DNA of 64,000 nucleotides from the NCBI GenBank assembly GCA_028286865.1, contig JAQBQU010000007.1:5888-69887 (forward strand), read 5' to 3'. The DNA is from Candidatus Kaiserbacteria bacterium (GTDB taxonomy: Bacteria > Patescibacteriota > Minisyncoccia > Phycocordibacterales > UBA2100). Positions 56,093-64,000 of the stretch are shown piece by piece. How positions within the stretch are numbered: the first letter of the stretch is position 1; each line of letters opens with the position of its first letter. Below the pieces are notes generated by a model. That model saw only the letters and a program-made list of their open reading frames with translations. It had not been told where the DNA came from and did not search any database. The position numbers were made by a program, and so were the translations under genes.

Positions 56093-57787
56093 ATGACGAC
56101 GCAGTTCAATGAGAAAAAGCAGGATGAGCGCCTGCACGAGCTGCGCGCTCGCGAAGAAGAGGCGCTCGCCGAAATGCTCTCACGGAAATACGGCGTCGAG
56201 TACGTCGATCTCACCAATAAATCCATCGATACCGATGCGCTTCGCTTAGTTACCGAGGTCGAAGCACGCGCCACTGAGATTGCGCCCTTTCATAAAGTGA
56301 ACAAGGCGCTCTTCGTCGGTATGCGCTCCCCCGAGCGGCCCGATGCGCTCGTCGCACTGAAAAAACTCGAAACCCTTGGCTACACGGTGCGTCGCTTCAT
56401 CGTCTCCTCGGCGTCGCTCGCACACGCATGGGATCGCTATCACGACATCTCATACGCGACCGAGACCGAAGCGGGCATTCTCACGCTCTCCAGTGAGACC
56501 ATTCAGCAGATGCTCGCCAAAGTGAAAACATTGGCAGACGTAAAGAACGAGATCATGGGATACGCGGGCAGCAAAGATGCGCACCGCATCTCTCGCGTGC
56601 TTGAGATCATCATGGCCGGAGCGTTAGCACTCGGAGCTTCCGACGTGCACCTCGAGCCGGAAGACCAGGGCGTGCGTATGCGATACCGACTCGACGGCGT
56701 CTTGGTGGAAGTGCTGATATTCGACGCGCCCACCTACGCGCTCGTGTCGTCGCGCTTGAAACTGCTCTCGGGACTCAAGCTCAACGTAAAGAACGCCGCA
56801 CAAGACGGCCGCTTCTCCATCGTGATCGGCGGTAAAGAAGTGGAGATCCGCGCGAGCGTGCTCCCGGGCTCATATGCGGAGACGATCGTGATGCGTCTTC
56901 TCGATCCTTCCACCATCGCGCTGCCCATCGAAGCCCTCGGCTTCGACAAATACCTCATGGACATCTTCGACCGCGAGATCGAAAAGCCCAACGGCATGAT
57001 CCTCAACACAGGTCCGACCGGATCCGGTAAGACCACTACACTCTACGCATTCTTGCGACGCGTGCAAAAGCCGGAGATCAAGATCGTCACGATCGAAGAC
57101 CCAGTGGAATATCACCTTCCCGGTCTCGTGCAAACACAGGTATCAAAAGACTATTCATTCGCACAAGGATTGCGTAGCACACTGCGCCAAGACCCCGACG
57201 TGATCATGGTCGGTGAAATCCGAGACGCTGAAGTGGCCGCGACCGCGGTGCAGGCGTCGCTCACGGGTCACTTGGTATTTTCTACTCTCCACACCAACGA
57301 CGCTGCCGGTACCTTCCCCCGCCTTATCGACATGGGCGTCGCTCCCGATGTGCTCGGTGCTGCGGTCACCACCGCGATGGCACAGCGCCTCGTGCGCAAG
57401 CTCTGCTCGGCGTGCCGCGTGCCCGCGCCTATCGAAGGAGCCGTGCTCGAGAAGATGAATTTCATATTGAAAAATGTTCCGCATTCCGAAGAACTTCCGC
57501 CGGATCGCACGCACATGTTCTTGCCAAAAGGCTGCGAGAAGTGCGGTGGCCTCGGATACAAGGGCCGCGTCGCGGTGGTGGAGGTGATTCTCATGGACCG
57601 CGAGATCGAAGACTGCGTGCGCCACACCTCATCGGAACGCGACATCTGGCAGGCCGCAAAGCATCAGAACATCCGCCGTATGGCACAGGATGGCGCGGTG
57701 AAGATCCTCCAGGGAGTCACCTCATACGAAGAACTCGCCCGTGTCGTCGACCTCAACGACGAGGTCATGCTCGAAACGATCGCCTAG
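56093..57787 (+). CDS. Type IV pilus/T2SS assembly ATPase (PilB/GspE family)
   Basis: ASDVHLEP, GPTGSGKTT, TIEDPVEY, LRQDPD, GHLVFSTLH, Zn-binding CxxC pairs. Confidence 0.93.
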   Translation: MTTQFNEKKQDERLHELRAREEEALAEMLSRKYGVEYVDLTNKSIDTDALRLVTEVEARATEIAPFHKVNKALFVGMRSPERPDALVALKKLETLGYTVRRFIVSSASLAHAWDRYHDISYATETEAGILTLSSETIQQMLAKVKTLADVKNEIMGYAGSKDAHRISRVLEIIMAGALALGASDVHLEPEDQGVRMRYRLDGVLVEVLIFDAPTYALVSSRLKLLSGLKLNVKNAAQDGRFSIVIGGKEVEIRASVLPGSYAETIVMRLLDPSTIALPIEALGFDKYLMDIFDREIEKPNGMILNTGPTGSGKTTTLYAFLRRVQKPEIKIVTIEDPVEYHLPGLVQTQVSKDYSFAQGLRSTLRQDPDVIMVGEIRDAEVAATAVQASLTGHLVFSTLHTNDAAGTFPRLIDMGVAPDVLGAAVTTAMAQRLVRKLCSACRVPAPIEGAVLEKMNFILKNVPHSEELPPDRTHMFLPKGCEKCGGLGYKGRVAVVEVILMDREIEDCVRHTSSERDIWQAAKHQNIRRMAQDGAVKILQGVTSYEELARVVDLNDEVMLETIA

Positions 57788-57789
57788 GT

Positions 57790-58458
57790 ATGGAGAGGAT
57801 CCCTGATCGAACGCCCTTCAAACAACCCCTTTACCCTCATGAAAATATAACGCCGGATGCGGCGAACCTTTTGCAGAGCGAAACCAAGTTTTCCCAAATA
57901 GGTTCCGATACAGAGACGGTTGTCCGCGCACTCTCCCAAGGAGAACTCACCTGGCTCTATGACGTCGGAGTTTCTCTTCAGGAAAGAGCTGCCATCGCCA
58001 AGAGACTTTTTGAAGACCTCAGACTACGCGGCGTCCGCGCATCCGTGCAGATGCTCATCGGCGAAAAAGATGGAGAGCCCGTGCTCTTTTCAATAACCCC
58101 GAGCGTTCGGCGCGCCGAAGAGGCCGAGAAAACGGCGCGCGCGATCGACGAGAAGATCGAACAGTACAATATCCTTTTTGACTACTTCGAAGACAAGTTC
58201 AGGTCAAAGGACTATTACCTGTATGACATCCTGGGAGAACATCAATATGTTTACGGGAACACGAAAGATGAGTCAGAGGATCACTGGCATCTTGTGGATG
58301 TGGATCCGTATATAAAGAAAGATCTGGACATCGAAGGGCTTCGGGGACAGCTCAGCGGGATCAAGACCGACATCGAAGCGTATGCAAAGTATCCCGCCGC
58401 TGCCGCTCTCATTGCGAAGGTGGATGCGCGGCTGGCCGAACTCGAGGCAATCGCTTAA
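57790..58458 (+). CDS. Hypothetical protein
   Basis: ATG 2 nt after pilB stop; 222 aa; QYVYG...LVDVDP. Confidence 0.65.
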   Translation: MERIPDRTPFKQPLYPHENITPDAANLLQSETKFSQIGSDTETVVRALSQGELTWLYDVGVSLQERAAIAKRLFEDLRLRGVRASVQMLIGEKDGEPVLFSITPSVRRAEEAEKTARAIDEKIEQYNILFDYFEDKFRSKDYYLYDILGEHQYVYGNTKDESEDHWHLVDVDPYIKKDLDIEGLRGQLSGIKTDIEAYAKYPAAAALIAKVDARLAELEAIA

Positions 58459-58510
58459 TTGACTTCTATTGCCTGCGGCAGTATCACTCTGGAAGCAGAG
58501 AGGTACTGAA

Positions 58511-59176
58511 ATGGCACAAGAGCAGAAGAAGTCCAGTCGTCCGAGTAATCGACGGCGCGTGTATTTGTATGGAGCGCGATTCGCGGAACAGCATTTCGAT
58601 CAGGATTGGTTGGAGTCGATCGATGTGGCAAAGCTGCACGCCGCGGACAAAGACTTCTGCCTGATGGCGCAAGCGGGCGGGAAAAGTTTTGCCGATATGT
58701 GCACCGGCAAATTCGCAGATATACCGAGCGGCGAACTCAAGCGGGCAGGCATGATGCTGTATCACCCCGGGAAGATCACGTTCGCTTCGGTCCGCGAGAA
58801 GAAATTGCACGAACACGAAGCGGCGTCACTCACCGCGCACTGGAAAGCATTCCTCATCGGCAAAAAACTCGAGTCGGGCAACATCACGGCCAAGATCGAG
58901 GTGGACGGCGCACATGCAGCCGCGGTCGCGCTTTTCGATAAGAAACGCGGGGCATCGCGATGGCGTCAGCGGATCGGCGACCTGGAGACGTTCGATGTGA
59001 ATTCCTTCTCGAACGGTCCGCTCGGGCGCCTTCTCAAGCACGGCTTCGTTGAACTGGAAACACTCGGTGTGCTCCCGGATCAATTGCCGGGATTGAATCT
59101 CTTGCCGCATCCCCTGCCCCTCGCGCGCGAATATCAGAACGCGTTGTGGGTCGCCGAATCTCGGTTCTTCGTGTGA
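58511..59176 (+). CDS. Hypothetical protein with internal duplicated domain
   Basis: SD-like GAGG before ATG; two related segments GARFAEQ..DWLESID..FCLMAQ and AVALFDK..RWRQRIGD..NGPLGR. Confidence 0.65.
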   Translation: MAQEQKKSSRPSNRRRVYLYGARFAEQHFDQDWLESIDVAKLHAADKDFCLMAQAGGKSFADMCTGKFADIPSGELKRAGMMLYHPGKITFASVREKKLHEHEAASLTAHWKAFLIGKKLESGNITAKIEVDGAHAAAVALFDKKRGASRWRQRIGDLETFDVNSFSNGPLGRLLKHGFVELETLGVLPDQLPGLNLLPHPLPLAREYQNALWVAESRFFV

Positions 59177-59513
59177 TCACTCGGGCGTCGGCATTTTGTG
59201 CCGACGCCCGAAACTTTTTACAACACAAAACCCGATTGCGCGGACGCAATCGGGTGTTATGTTTCGGGGAGGAAGAGATGCACAAGTTCGGGCAATGCAT
59301 TCGGGAGAATGTTGCAACTGGGATCTAAGGATGATGGCAGCGGCGCCGCCACGTCCTCGATAATGTCACTCATTGCCCGAAGCTGCGCGTCTCTTCAGGA
59401 TAGGCATGGAAAAAGCGGATGTTTTCCGCTTCTGAAATACAGTATAGCATATTAGAAGCGTTTGTCAAGCAGCCTGCACCCTCCCCTTTTAGGGCTTGGT
59501 ACAGCCTCATTTT

Positions 59514-60521
59514 ATGACCACTGATCCCGCACATATCGAAAAAGCACCGCGGAGCCTCGACCAGGCGCTCCGCCCCGAGTCGTGGAAGGAATACGTAGGT
59601 CAGGAGGCCATCAAGGAGAACCTCCGCATCCTCCTTACGGCCGCCCAGGGCCGTAATCATCAGCCTGAGCACGTCCTTTTATATGGTCCGCCGGGCTTAG
59701 GCAAGACGACGCTGGCACATCTCATGGCCAAGGAGATCGGGGCCAACATGCGCACCACCTCGGGCCCGGCCATCGAGCGCGTCGGCGACCTCGCATCCAT
59801 CCTCACCAATCTTTCGCCCGGTGATGTGCTTTTCATCGACGAGATACACCGCCTGAATCATTCGATAGAGGAGGTGCTCTACCCTGCCATGGAAGCGGGA
59901 GTGCTTGATATCGTGATCGGTAAAGGTCCCGCGGCGCGCACGGTACAGCTCGAGCTTCCCGCATTCACACTCATCGCCGCGACGACGCGCATCTCAATGC
60001 TTTCCGCTCCGCTGCGCTCACGATTCTCCGGCGGCACATTCAGATTGCAGTACTACACCGACCACGAGATCGCCGAGATATTGCGTCGTTCCGCGAAGAT
60101 CCTCGGTATCGAGGCCGATGCAGAATCATTTATGGAGATCGCCAAGCGTTCACGCGCCACACCGCGTACGGCGAATTACCTGCTTAAGCGCGCCCGCGAC
60201 TTCGCCGCCGTCAACGAACAAGCCCTTGATATCAAAACAGTGAAAAAATCCCTCTCCCTTCTGGAGATCGATGAGGGCGGCCTCAACCAGACCGACCGCG
60301 ACATCCTCAATCTGGTTATCGAAAAATTCCAAGGCGGCCCGGTGGGACTCAAGACCATCGCCGCTGCGCTCTCCGAAGAGGAAGCGACCATCGAAGAAGT
60401 GAACGAGCCGTACCTTATGCAGTGCGGTCTCATCGAGCGCACCCCGCGCGGACGCATCGTCACTGACAAGGGCTATCAGCACGTGGGCCACAACAAACCG
60501 GGCCAGCCGAAGCTACTTTGA
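59514..60521 (+). CDS. ruvB: Holliday junction branch migration helicase RuvB
   Basis: LRP, GPPGLGKTT, FIDEIHRL, GGPVG, ERTPRGR. Confidence 0.97.
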   Translation: MTTDPAHIEKAPRSLDQALRPESWKEYVGQEAIKENLRILLTAAQGRNHQPEHVLLYGPPGLGKTTLAHLMAKEIGANMRTTSGPAIERVGDLASILTNLSPGDVLFIDEIHRLNHSIEEVLYPAMEAGVLDIVIGKGPAARTVQLELPAFTLIAATTRISMLSAPLRSRFSGGTFRLQYYTDHEIAEILRRSAKILGIEADAESFMEIAKRSRATPRTANYLLKRARDFAAVNEQALDIKTVKKSLSLLEIDEGGLNQTDRDILNLVIEKFQGGPVGLKTIAAALSEEEATIEEVNEPYLMQCGLIERTPRGRIVTDKGYQHVGHNKPGQPKLL

Positions 60522-60550
60522 TTGACTCGCTCACTTGAGGTAGGCACAAT
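60522..60550 (+). promoter_or_regulatory. sigma70-type promoter
   Basis: TTGACT-17 nt-CACAAT, then AAGGAGG SD before ATG 60595. Confidence 0.65.
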
Positions 60551-60594
60551 GCCGCGAGCATGTGTTCACCCATAGACATGAAGGAGGCCGGCCC

Positions 60595-61482
60595 ATGACC
60601 GACTTACTCCCGCTCGAACAACGACCCGTGGCAAAATTTGCCAGGAAAGTCGACGGCGGTCAGCTCTTAGCCGCCATGGGTACCCTGAAGCTGAAGTACG
60701 CCATCCCCCAAACCGGTCTGGATGTGCGAGGTCTTCCTACCCACGACGTGAGCTCGGAAGCACTGTTCAACAGTACGACCAAGATGCTTATGTGCGGAGG
60801 AACGCATCCGAACAGAACGTTCACATTGTTCGAACCGGGCCTGCACGCACGAGCACGGCGCGGATTCAGTCTGAGACTTTCGGTCCTCGAGACGACGCTG
60901 CACGAGACCTTTCACACCGCCAACGGCGAGAAGCATTACCCCGGGACATACACTGACGAGATGTCGACCGAAGAGTGCGGCCGGACCATTGGAGGTTTCC
61001 GTGAAGTGTTCTACATGGACGGCGAAGCGACCAAGGTTCACAACAACCTCTTCAACGAGGGCGTGACGCAGCTCCTTACGCTCGAGCTGATGCGCGAATA
61101 TCTGATACTCGGACCGTATCTGAATGTGACGCCACGTGAATGGAAAAAACACTTTTTCCGCATCCATACGCGCAAGCGCGGTAGTTTTTATCCGGATGCC
61201 ACATCATTCGTACAGGCGTTCGTATCGAGAGTCGCCGTGGTTATCGGAAGTGAGAAAGTCGTATGGGACAAGCTCTACCAAGACTATTTTCTCGGCACCT
61301 CACTGCTCAACGATACGTTCTGGGCAGCGCTTATCCGGGAAGCAGGCATCGAGCGGATCATGCGTGCAACACGGACGGCGCATTACAATAGCCTGCCGAC
61401 CTATGAAGCCCAGATCCGCAAGAACCGCGGCGCCTGGGAAAAGCTCGAGGCTGTCCCTGCTCTTCGTCCGGCATATGAATAA
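60595..61482 (+). CDS. Putative zinc metallopeptidase-like protein
   Basis: HETFH (HExxH) with downstream NEGVTQ (gluzincin-like third ligand). Confidence 0.6.
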   Translation: MTDLLPLEQRPVAKFARKVDGGQLLAAMGTLKLKYAIPQTGLDVRGLPTHDVSSEALFNSTTKMLMCGGTHPNRTFTLFEPGLHARARRGFSLRLSVLETTLHETFHTANGEKHYPGTYTDEMSTEECGRTIGGFREVFYMDGEATKVHNNLFNEGVTQLLTLELMREYLILGPYLNVTPREWKKHFFRIHTRKRGSFYPDATSFVQAFVSRVAVVIGSEKVVWDKLYQDYFLGTSLLNDTFWAALIREAGIERIMRATRTAHYNSLPTYEAQIRKNRGAWEKLEAVPALRPAYE

Positions 61483-61491
61483 GCCTTGCCT

Positions 61492-61561
61492 GCGGCCGCT
61501 CCCCCTGGGAGCGGCCGCGATTCTTTTGAAAGTTGCGGGTAAGAGCGTAGAGGCATAGGAT
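61492..61561 (+). repeat. Terminator+promoter unit, copy 1
   Basis: GCGGCCGCTCCC-CCT-GGGAGCGGCCGC-GATTCTT, then TTGCGG-17-TAGGAT. Confidence 0.85.
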
Positions 61562-61600
61562 GCCGGAAGAATATCCCTGCCATGTGTACGGAGTCGCTCC

Positions 61601-62302
61601 ATGGATACCGCTCTCAAGGGTACCTACGGGAAAAAAGTAGCCCAGGCAAAAGGCATCATCGACGCCTGGTGTCGGGTCCAGAAATGCACCGCCGACGATA
61701 TTCCGGTCCTCGCCGAAGATACGACCTGCGGGATCAGTGTCGGTGTTCTGGCATTCACTATCGCAACACATGTCGACATGGGCGTCATGCCGACCGCGGA
61801 TCTCCTCGGTATCAACGCGGGACACATGACGGAATTGCGAAACCTCGCTTACGACCGGATCAAAAAAAGGGTCGGACACGCCCGCAAGATACAGAGAGGC
61901 CTTTTGGGCGAAGCGCGCCGTGCATCTCGTGCCAAAGCGTTGGCACGAGCAAAGCAACGTGCAGACAGTCTTTCACGTCTTGAGCTCGAGAGCGACGCGA
62001 TCATCACCGCGACCCTCATGTTGTTGGATGACGCTCCTCACCATATGGTCATGGGCGGCAGCTTGCTCATCGAGCATGTGGAGATGCGACAGATCGTCGT
62101 CGCCGTTCTCTTCCATCATGTCGCCAACCGTCACAACAAGTCGATCCTCGCGCGCCACCTGAGGTGCAGCGTACACATGATCACGTATGCGCTCGATGCG
62201 GTGAGCTACGCGCTCCGCTCCGACCGCAGGCCCGTGATGAAGCGGAAGGCGCTGGCGGTCTGTGACGGACTGCGTATCGATCCCGAAAAGTTGAAGCTGT
62301 AG
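61601..62302 (+). CDS. Hypothetical protein, paralogue 1, DnaA domain-IV-like modules
   Basis: IIDAWCRVQKCTADDI; EMRQIVVAVLFH...LARHL...MITYAL; paralogous to 62419..63177. Confidence 0.7.
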   Translation: MDTALKGTYGKKVAQAKGIIDAWCRVQKCTADDIPVLAEDTTCGISVGVLAFTIATHVDMGVMPTADLLGINAGHMTELRNLAYDRIKKRVGHARKIQRGLLGEARRASRAKALARAKQRADSLSRLELESDAIITATLMLLDDAPHHMVMGGSLLIEHVEMRQIVVAVLFHHVANRHNKSILARHLRCSVHMITYALDAVSYALRSDRRPVMKRKALAVCDGLRIDPEKLKL

Positions 62303-62310
62303 ACATTGAA

Positions 62311-62380
62311 GCGGCCGCTCCTCCTGGGGGCGGCCGCGATTCTTGTATAGGTTGCGGTCGACGGCGCAGAGGAATAGGAT
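62311..62380 (+). repeat. Terminator+promoter unit, copy 2
   Basis: GCGGCCGCTCCTCCTGGGGGCGGCCGC-GATTCTT, then TTGCGG-17-TAGGAT. Confidence 0.85.
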
Positions 62381-62418
62381 GCAAAAAGGATCGAAACAAA
62401 CCATGAGGGAGTTGCCGC

Positions 62419-63177
62419 ATGGACATCGCTATCGATAAAAAGCTCGAAGCTGCGAGACTTGCGATCGCACGAGATATCATCTCGGCATGGTGTCGCCTGC
62501 GCCAAAAGACGGTCGAAGATATCGCCGCCATGGCGGACGATACGGCGACCGAAGTGGATGTCGCGCTCTTGGCCCACGTGGTCAGGACATATGCCGAGGT
62601 CGATGTGGTCGTGACCGGTCGTGAAATGGGTATCAGCGGCAGACTCGTGCTGAGCCTGCGCAAGCATACTCACAACAAGGTCACGGGGCAGACAGCACTC
62701 GGTAAGAAGCTGCACAACATCCTGGTCGAAGCCGGCTTGCGTACTGCCCCGCCAAAGCCCGTTCCCGATTCGGATCTAACTCCGAAGTCTCCCAAGCTCC
62801 CGAGGAAAAAACGGGAGGACCACGCCAAGCGTCGTGCGGAGCACGATGCTCTTCTCAAGACCGAGGGTGAAGAGCTCATCAAAAAGATCTTGGCGCAGTT
62901 CCAGAACGCGGAACGTGACCGGGTGTTCAGCACGATGCAGCTACCGCATCTGCGGGATATCAGGTACATATCCTACGCAGTTCTCTATCACCGAGTGTTG
63001 GGGAAAAGCGACTACGTCGCGATCGCGCGCTATTTCGACAAACAGAATACCTCGGTCAGTCACGGCATCGAACTGGTGAGCGACGCCATCGCTGACGGGC
63101 GCCCCTCACCGCTTATGGATAAGATCGTGCGCGTGTGCAACGCTCTACAGATCACACCCGAACAGCTCAAGTACTGA
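62419..63177 (+). CDS. Hypothetical protein, paralogue 2, DnaA domain-IV-like modules
   Basis: IISAWCRLRQKTVEDI; RDIRYISYAVLY...AIARYFDKQNTSVSHGIELV. Confidence 0.72.
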   Translation: MDIAIDKKLEAARLAIARDIISAWCRLRQKTVEDIAAMADDTATEVDVALLAHVVRTYAEVDVVVTGREMGISGRLVLSLRKHTHNKVTGQTALGKKLHNILVEAGLRTAPPKPVPDSDLTPKSPKLPRKKREDHAKRRAEHDALLKTEGEELIKKILAQFQNAERDRVFSTMQLPHLRDIRYISYAVLYHRVLGKSDYVAIARYFDKQNTSVSHGIELVSDAIADGRPSPLMDKIVRVCNALQITPEQLKY

Positions 63178-63183
63178 TGCGAA

Positions 63184-63225
63184 GCGGTCGCTCCTCCTGG
63201 GAGCGACCGCAATTCTTTATCCACA
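63184..63225 (+). repeat. Terminator copy 3 followed by a consensus DnaA box
   Basis: GCGGTCGCTCCTCCTGGGAGCGACCGC-AATTCT with compensatory T/A change; TTATCCACA at 63217-63225. Confidence 0.8.
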
Positions 63226-63305
63226 CCGCTCCCGTTTGACCAATACCGCTCACAGGCGTCTACTTCTAGAGGACACGTTCTCGTCCTGCTGGAATGGGGG
63301 TTTCA

Positions 63306-63584
63306 ATGACTGTCTCGGCAGACTTTCGAAAACAAGTTGAAGGCTTCGGGCTCACGACGGCACAGATCTGGTACACAAAGCCCGGATATCCGTGGCTGAT
63401 CAATTCCAACTGGCTTCTGTGGCAGCAATATGATCTGGCACCGAAGTTTCCAAAACTCCTCGACTACCTGAACTTCTGGCAGACCAACCTCGACGGCAAG
63501 CCCGTCATCGTCCGCGTGATGCACTCACATCTCATCAAGGCGACCGAGATCAAGACTATCGATGGCGAGTTCCGGCTCAACTGA
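63306..63584 (+). CDS. usg: Usg-like protein
   Basis: DFRKQVEGFGLTTAQIWY..P..P...WQQYDLAPKFP...FWQ..LDG....VRVMHSHLIK..E...DGEFRL matches Usg family pattern. Confidence 0.8.
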   Translation: MTVSADFRKQVEGFGLTTAQIWYTKPGYPWLINSNWLLWQQYDLAPKFPKLLDYLNFWQTNLDGKPVIVRVMHSHLIKATEIKTIDGEFRLN

Positions 63585-63605
63585 TCCTCCGCTCATTCAA
63601 GCAAA

Positions 63606-63633
63606 AGAAATGGCGGCTCATGGCCGCCATTTT
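63606..63633. terminator. Bidirectional terminator
   Basis: AGAAATGGCGGC-TCATG-GCCGCCATTTTT. Confidence 0.7.
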
Positions 63634-64000
63634 CTATGCAACGTCCTGCTGCTGCAACTTCACTTCGGCCTCGGTGCGGGAAACCGGTTTGCCCATGACG
63701 AACAAGCGTACTATCCCCCAGGCGACTACCCAATACACGAGCATTGCGAGGAGTGTCGTCCATTCAAAGACACTGCCGGACACCTGCGTGGAACGTACGA
63801 CGTACAAGAACGGTGCGGCGAACGGATAGCTTGCGCCGTAAATGATCTCGGTAAAAACAGCGCCGGTATTCGCCCCGATGAGTTTCAATAAGAAGCGGAA
63901 GAGAAGTATCGTTTCGATGACATAAAAAATGTACCAGACTATCTGGGTTCCCCGATAAAGCGGACGGACCTTGCTGCGGTCTTCGGGCGCGACATATATT
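63634..64000 (-). CDS. YggT-like membrane protein (5' end outside window)
   Basis: Open frame to window edge: IVWYIFYVIETILLFRFLLKLIGAN...YPFAAPF. Confidence 0.7.
   Translation of the reverse strand, partial: IYVAPEDRSKVRPLYRGTQIVWYIFYVIETILLFRFLLKLIGANTGAVFTEIIYGASYPFAAPFLYVVRSTQVSGSVFEWTTLLAMLVYWVVAWGIVRLFVMGKPVSRTEAEVKLQQQDVA

Noticed and set aside
57412..57789. N-terminal extension of the 348-aa ORF
   Set aside because: Overlaps the pilB 3' end; ATG 57790 just after the pilB stop is the plausible start.
59177..59513. Short ORFs or pseudogene between the orphan gene and ruvB
   Set aside because: An SD-like GGAGG precedes ATG 59278 but the ORF is only 16 codons, and other frames show no recognisable protein.
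61492..63216. Repeated hairpins as integron attC sites or CRISPR repeats
   Set aside because: No RYYYAAC/GTTRRRY cores, no integrase or cas gene, and spacing of ~820-870 bp; they fit terminators.
1..64000. Alternative genetic code (UGA read as Gly or Trp)
   Set aside because: TGA ends several conserved genes at their expected C-termini (metG, ruvB, aclB), so code 11 applies.

Overview
Gene-dense (~57% GC by eye) bacterial chromosome segment read in genetic code 11. Gene content and order point to a Patescibacteria/CPR (Parcubacteria-like) genome: recA, efp, rpsF-ssb-rpsR, metG, alpha2-type glyQS, ileS, argS, secE-nusG-rplK, pilM cluster, pilB, polA, ruvA and ruvB, with almost no biosynthetic pathways. 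Seven tRNA genes are present. No rRNA, CRISPR array, transposase or integrase was seen. Main unexplained signals: (1) a dispersed ~85-nt structured repeat family (5 full copies, 2 partial modules) with conserved linkers and freely covarying stems, always just 3' of a tRNA or rpsR terminator in the same relative orientation; (2) a cassette-like tandem array at 60.6-63.6 kb with repeated terminator+promoter units, two paralogues with DnaA domain-IV-like modules and an adjacent DnaA box; (3) pervasive leaderless architecture (-10 hexamer 6-7 nt before ATG) in core genes; (4) a shared structured leader upstream of both tRNA-Arg genes. Metabolic or accessory oddities include ATP-citrate lyase, a sphingomyelin-synthase-like enzyme, a possible flavin salvage operon, a SET-domain protein, a Usg protein and tRNA-Arg(GCG). 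All family assignments come from motif recognition by eye; no database searches were run.
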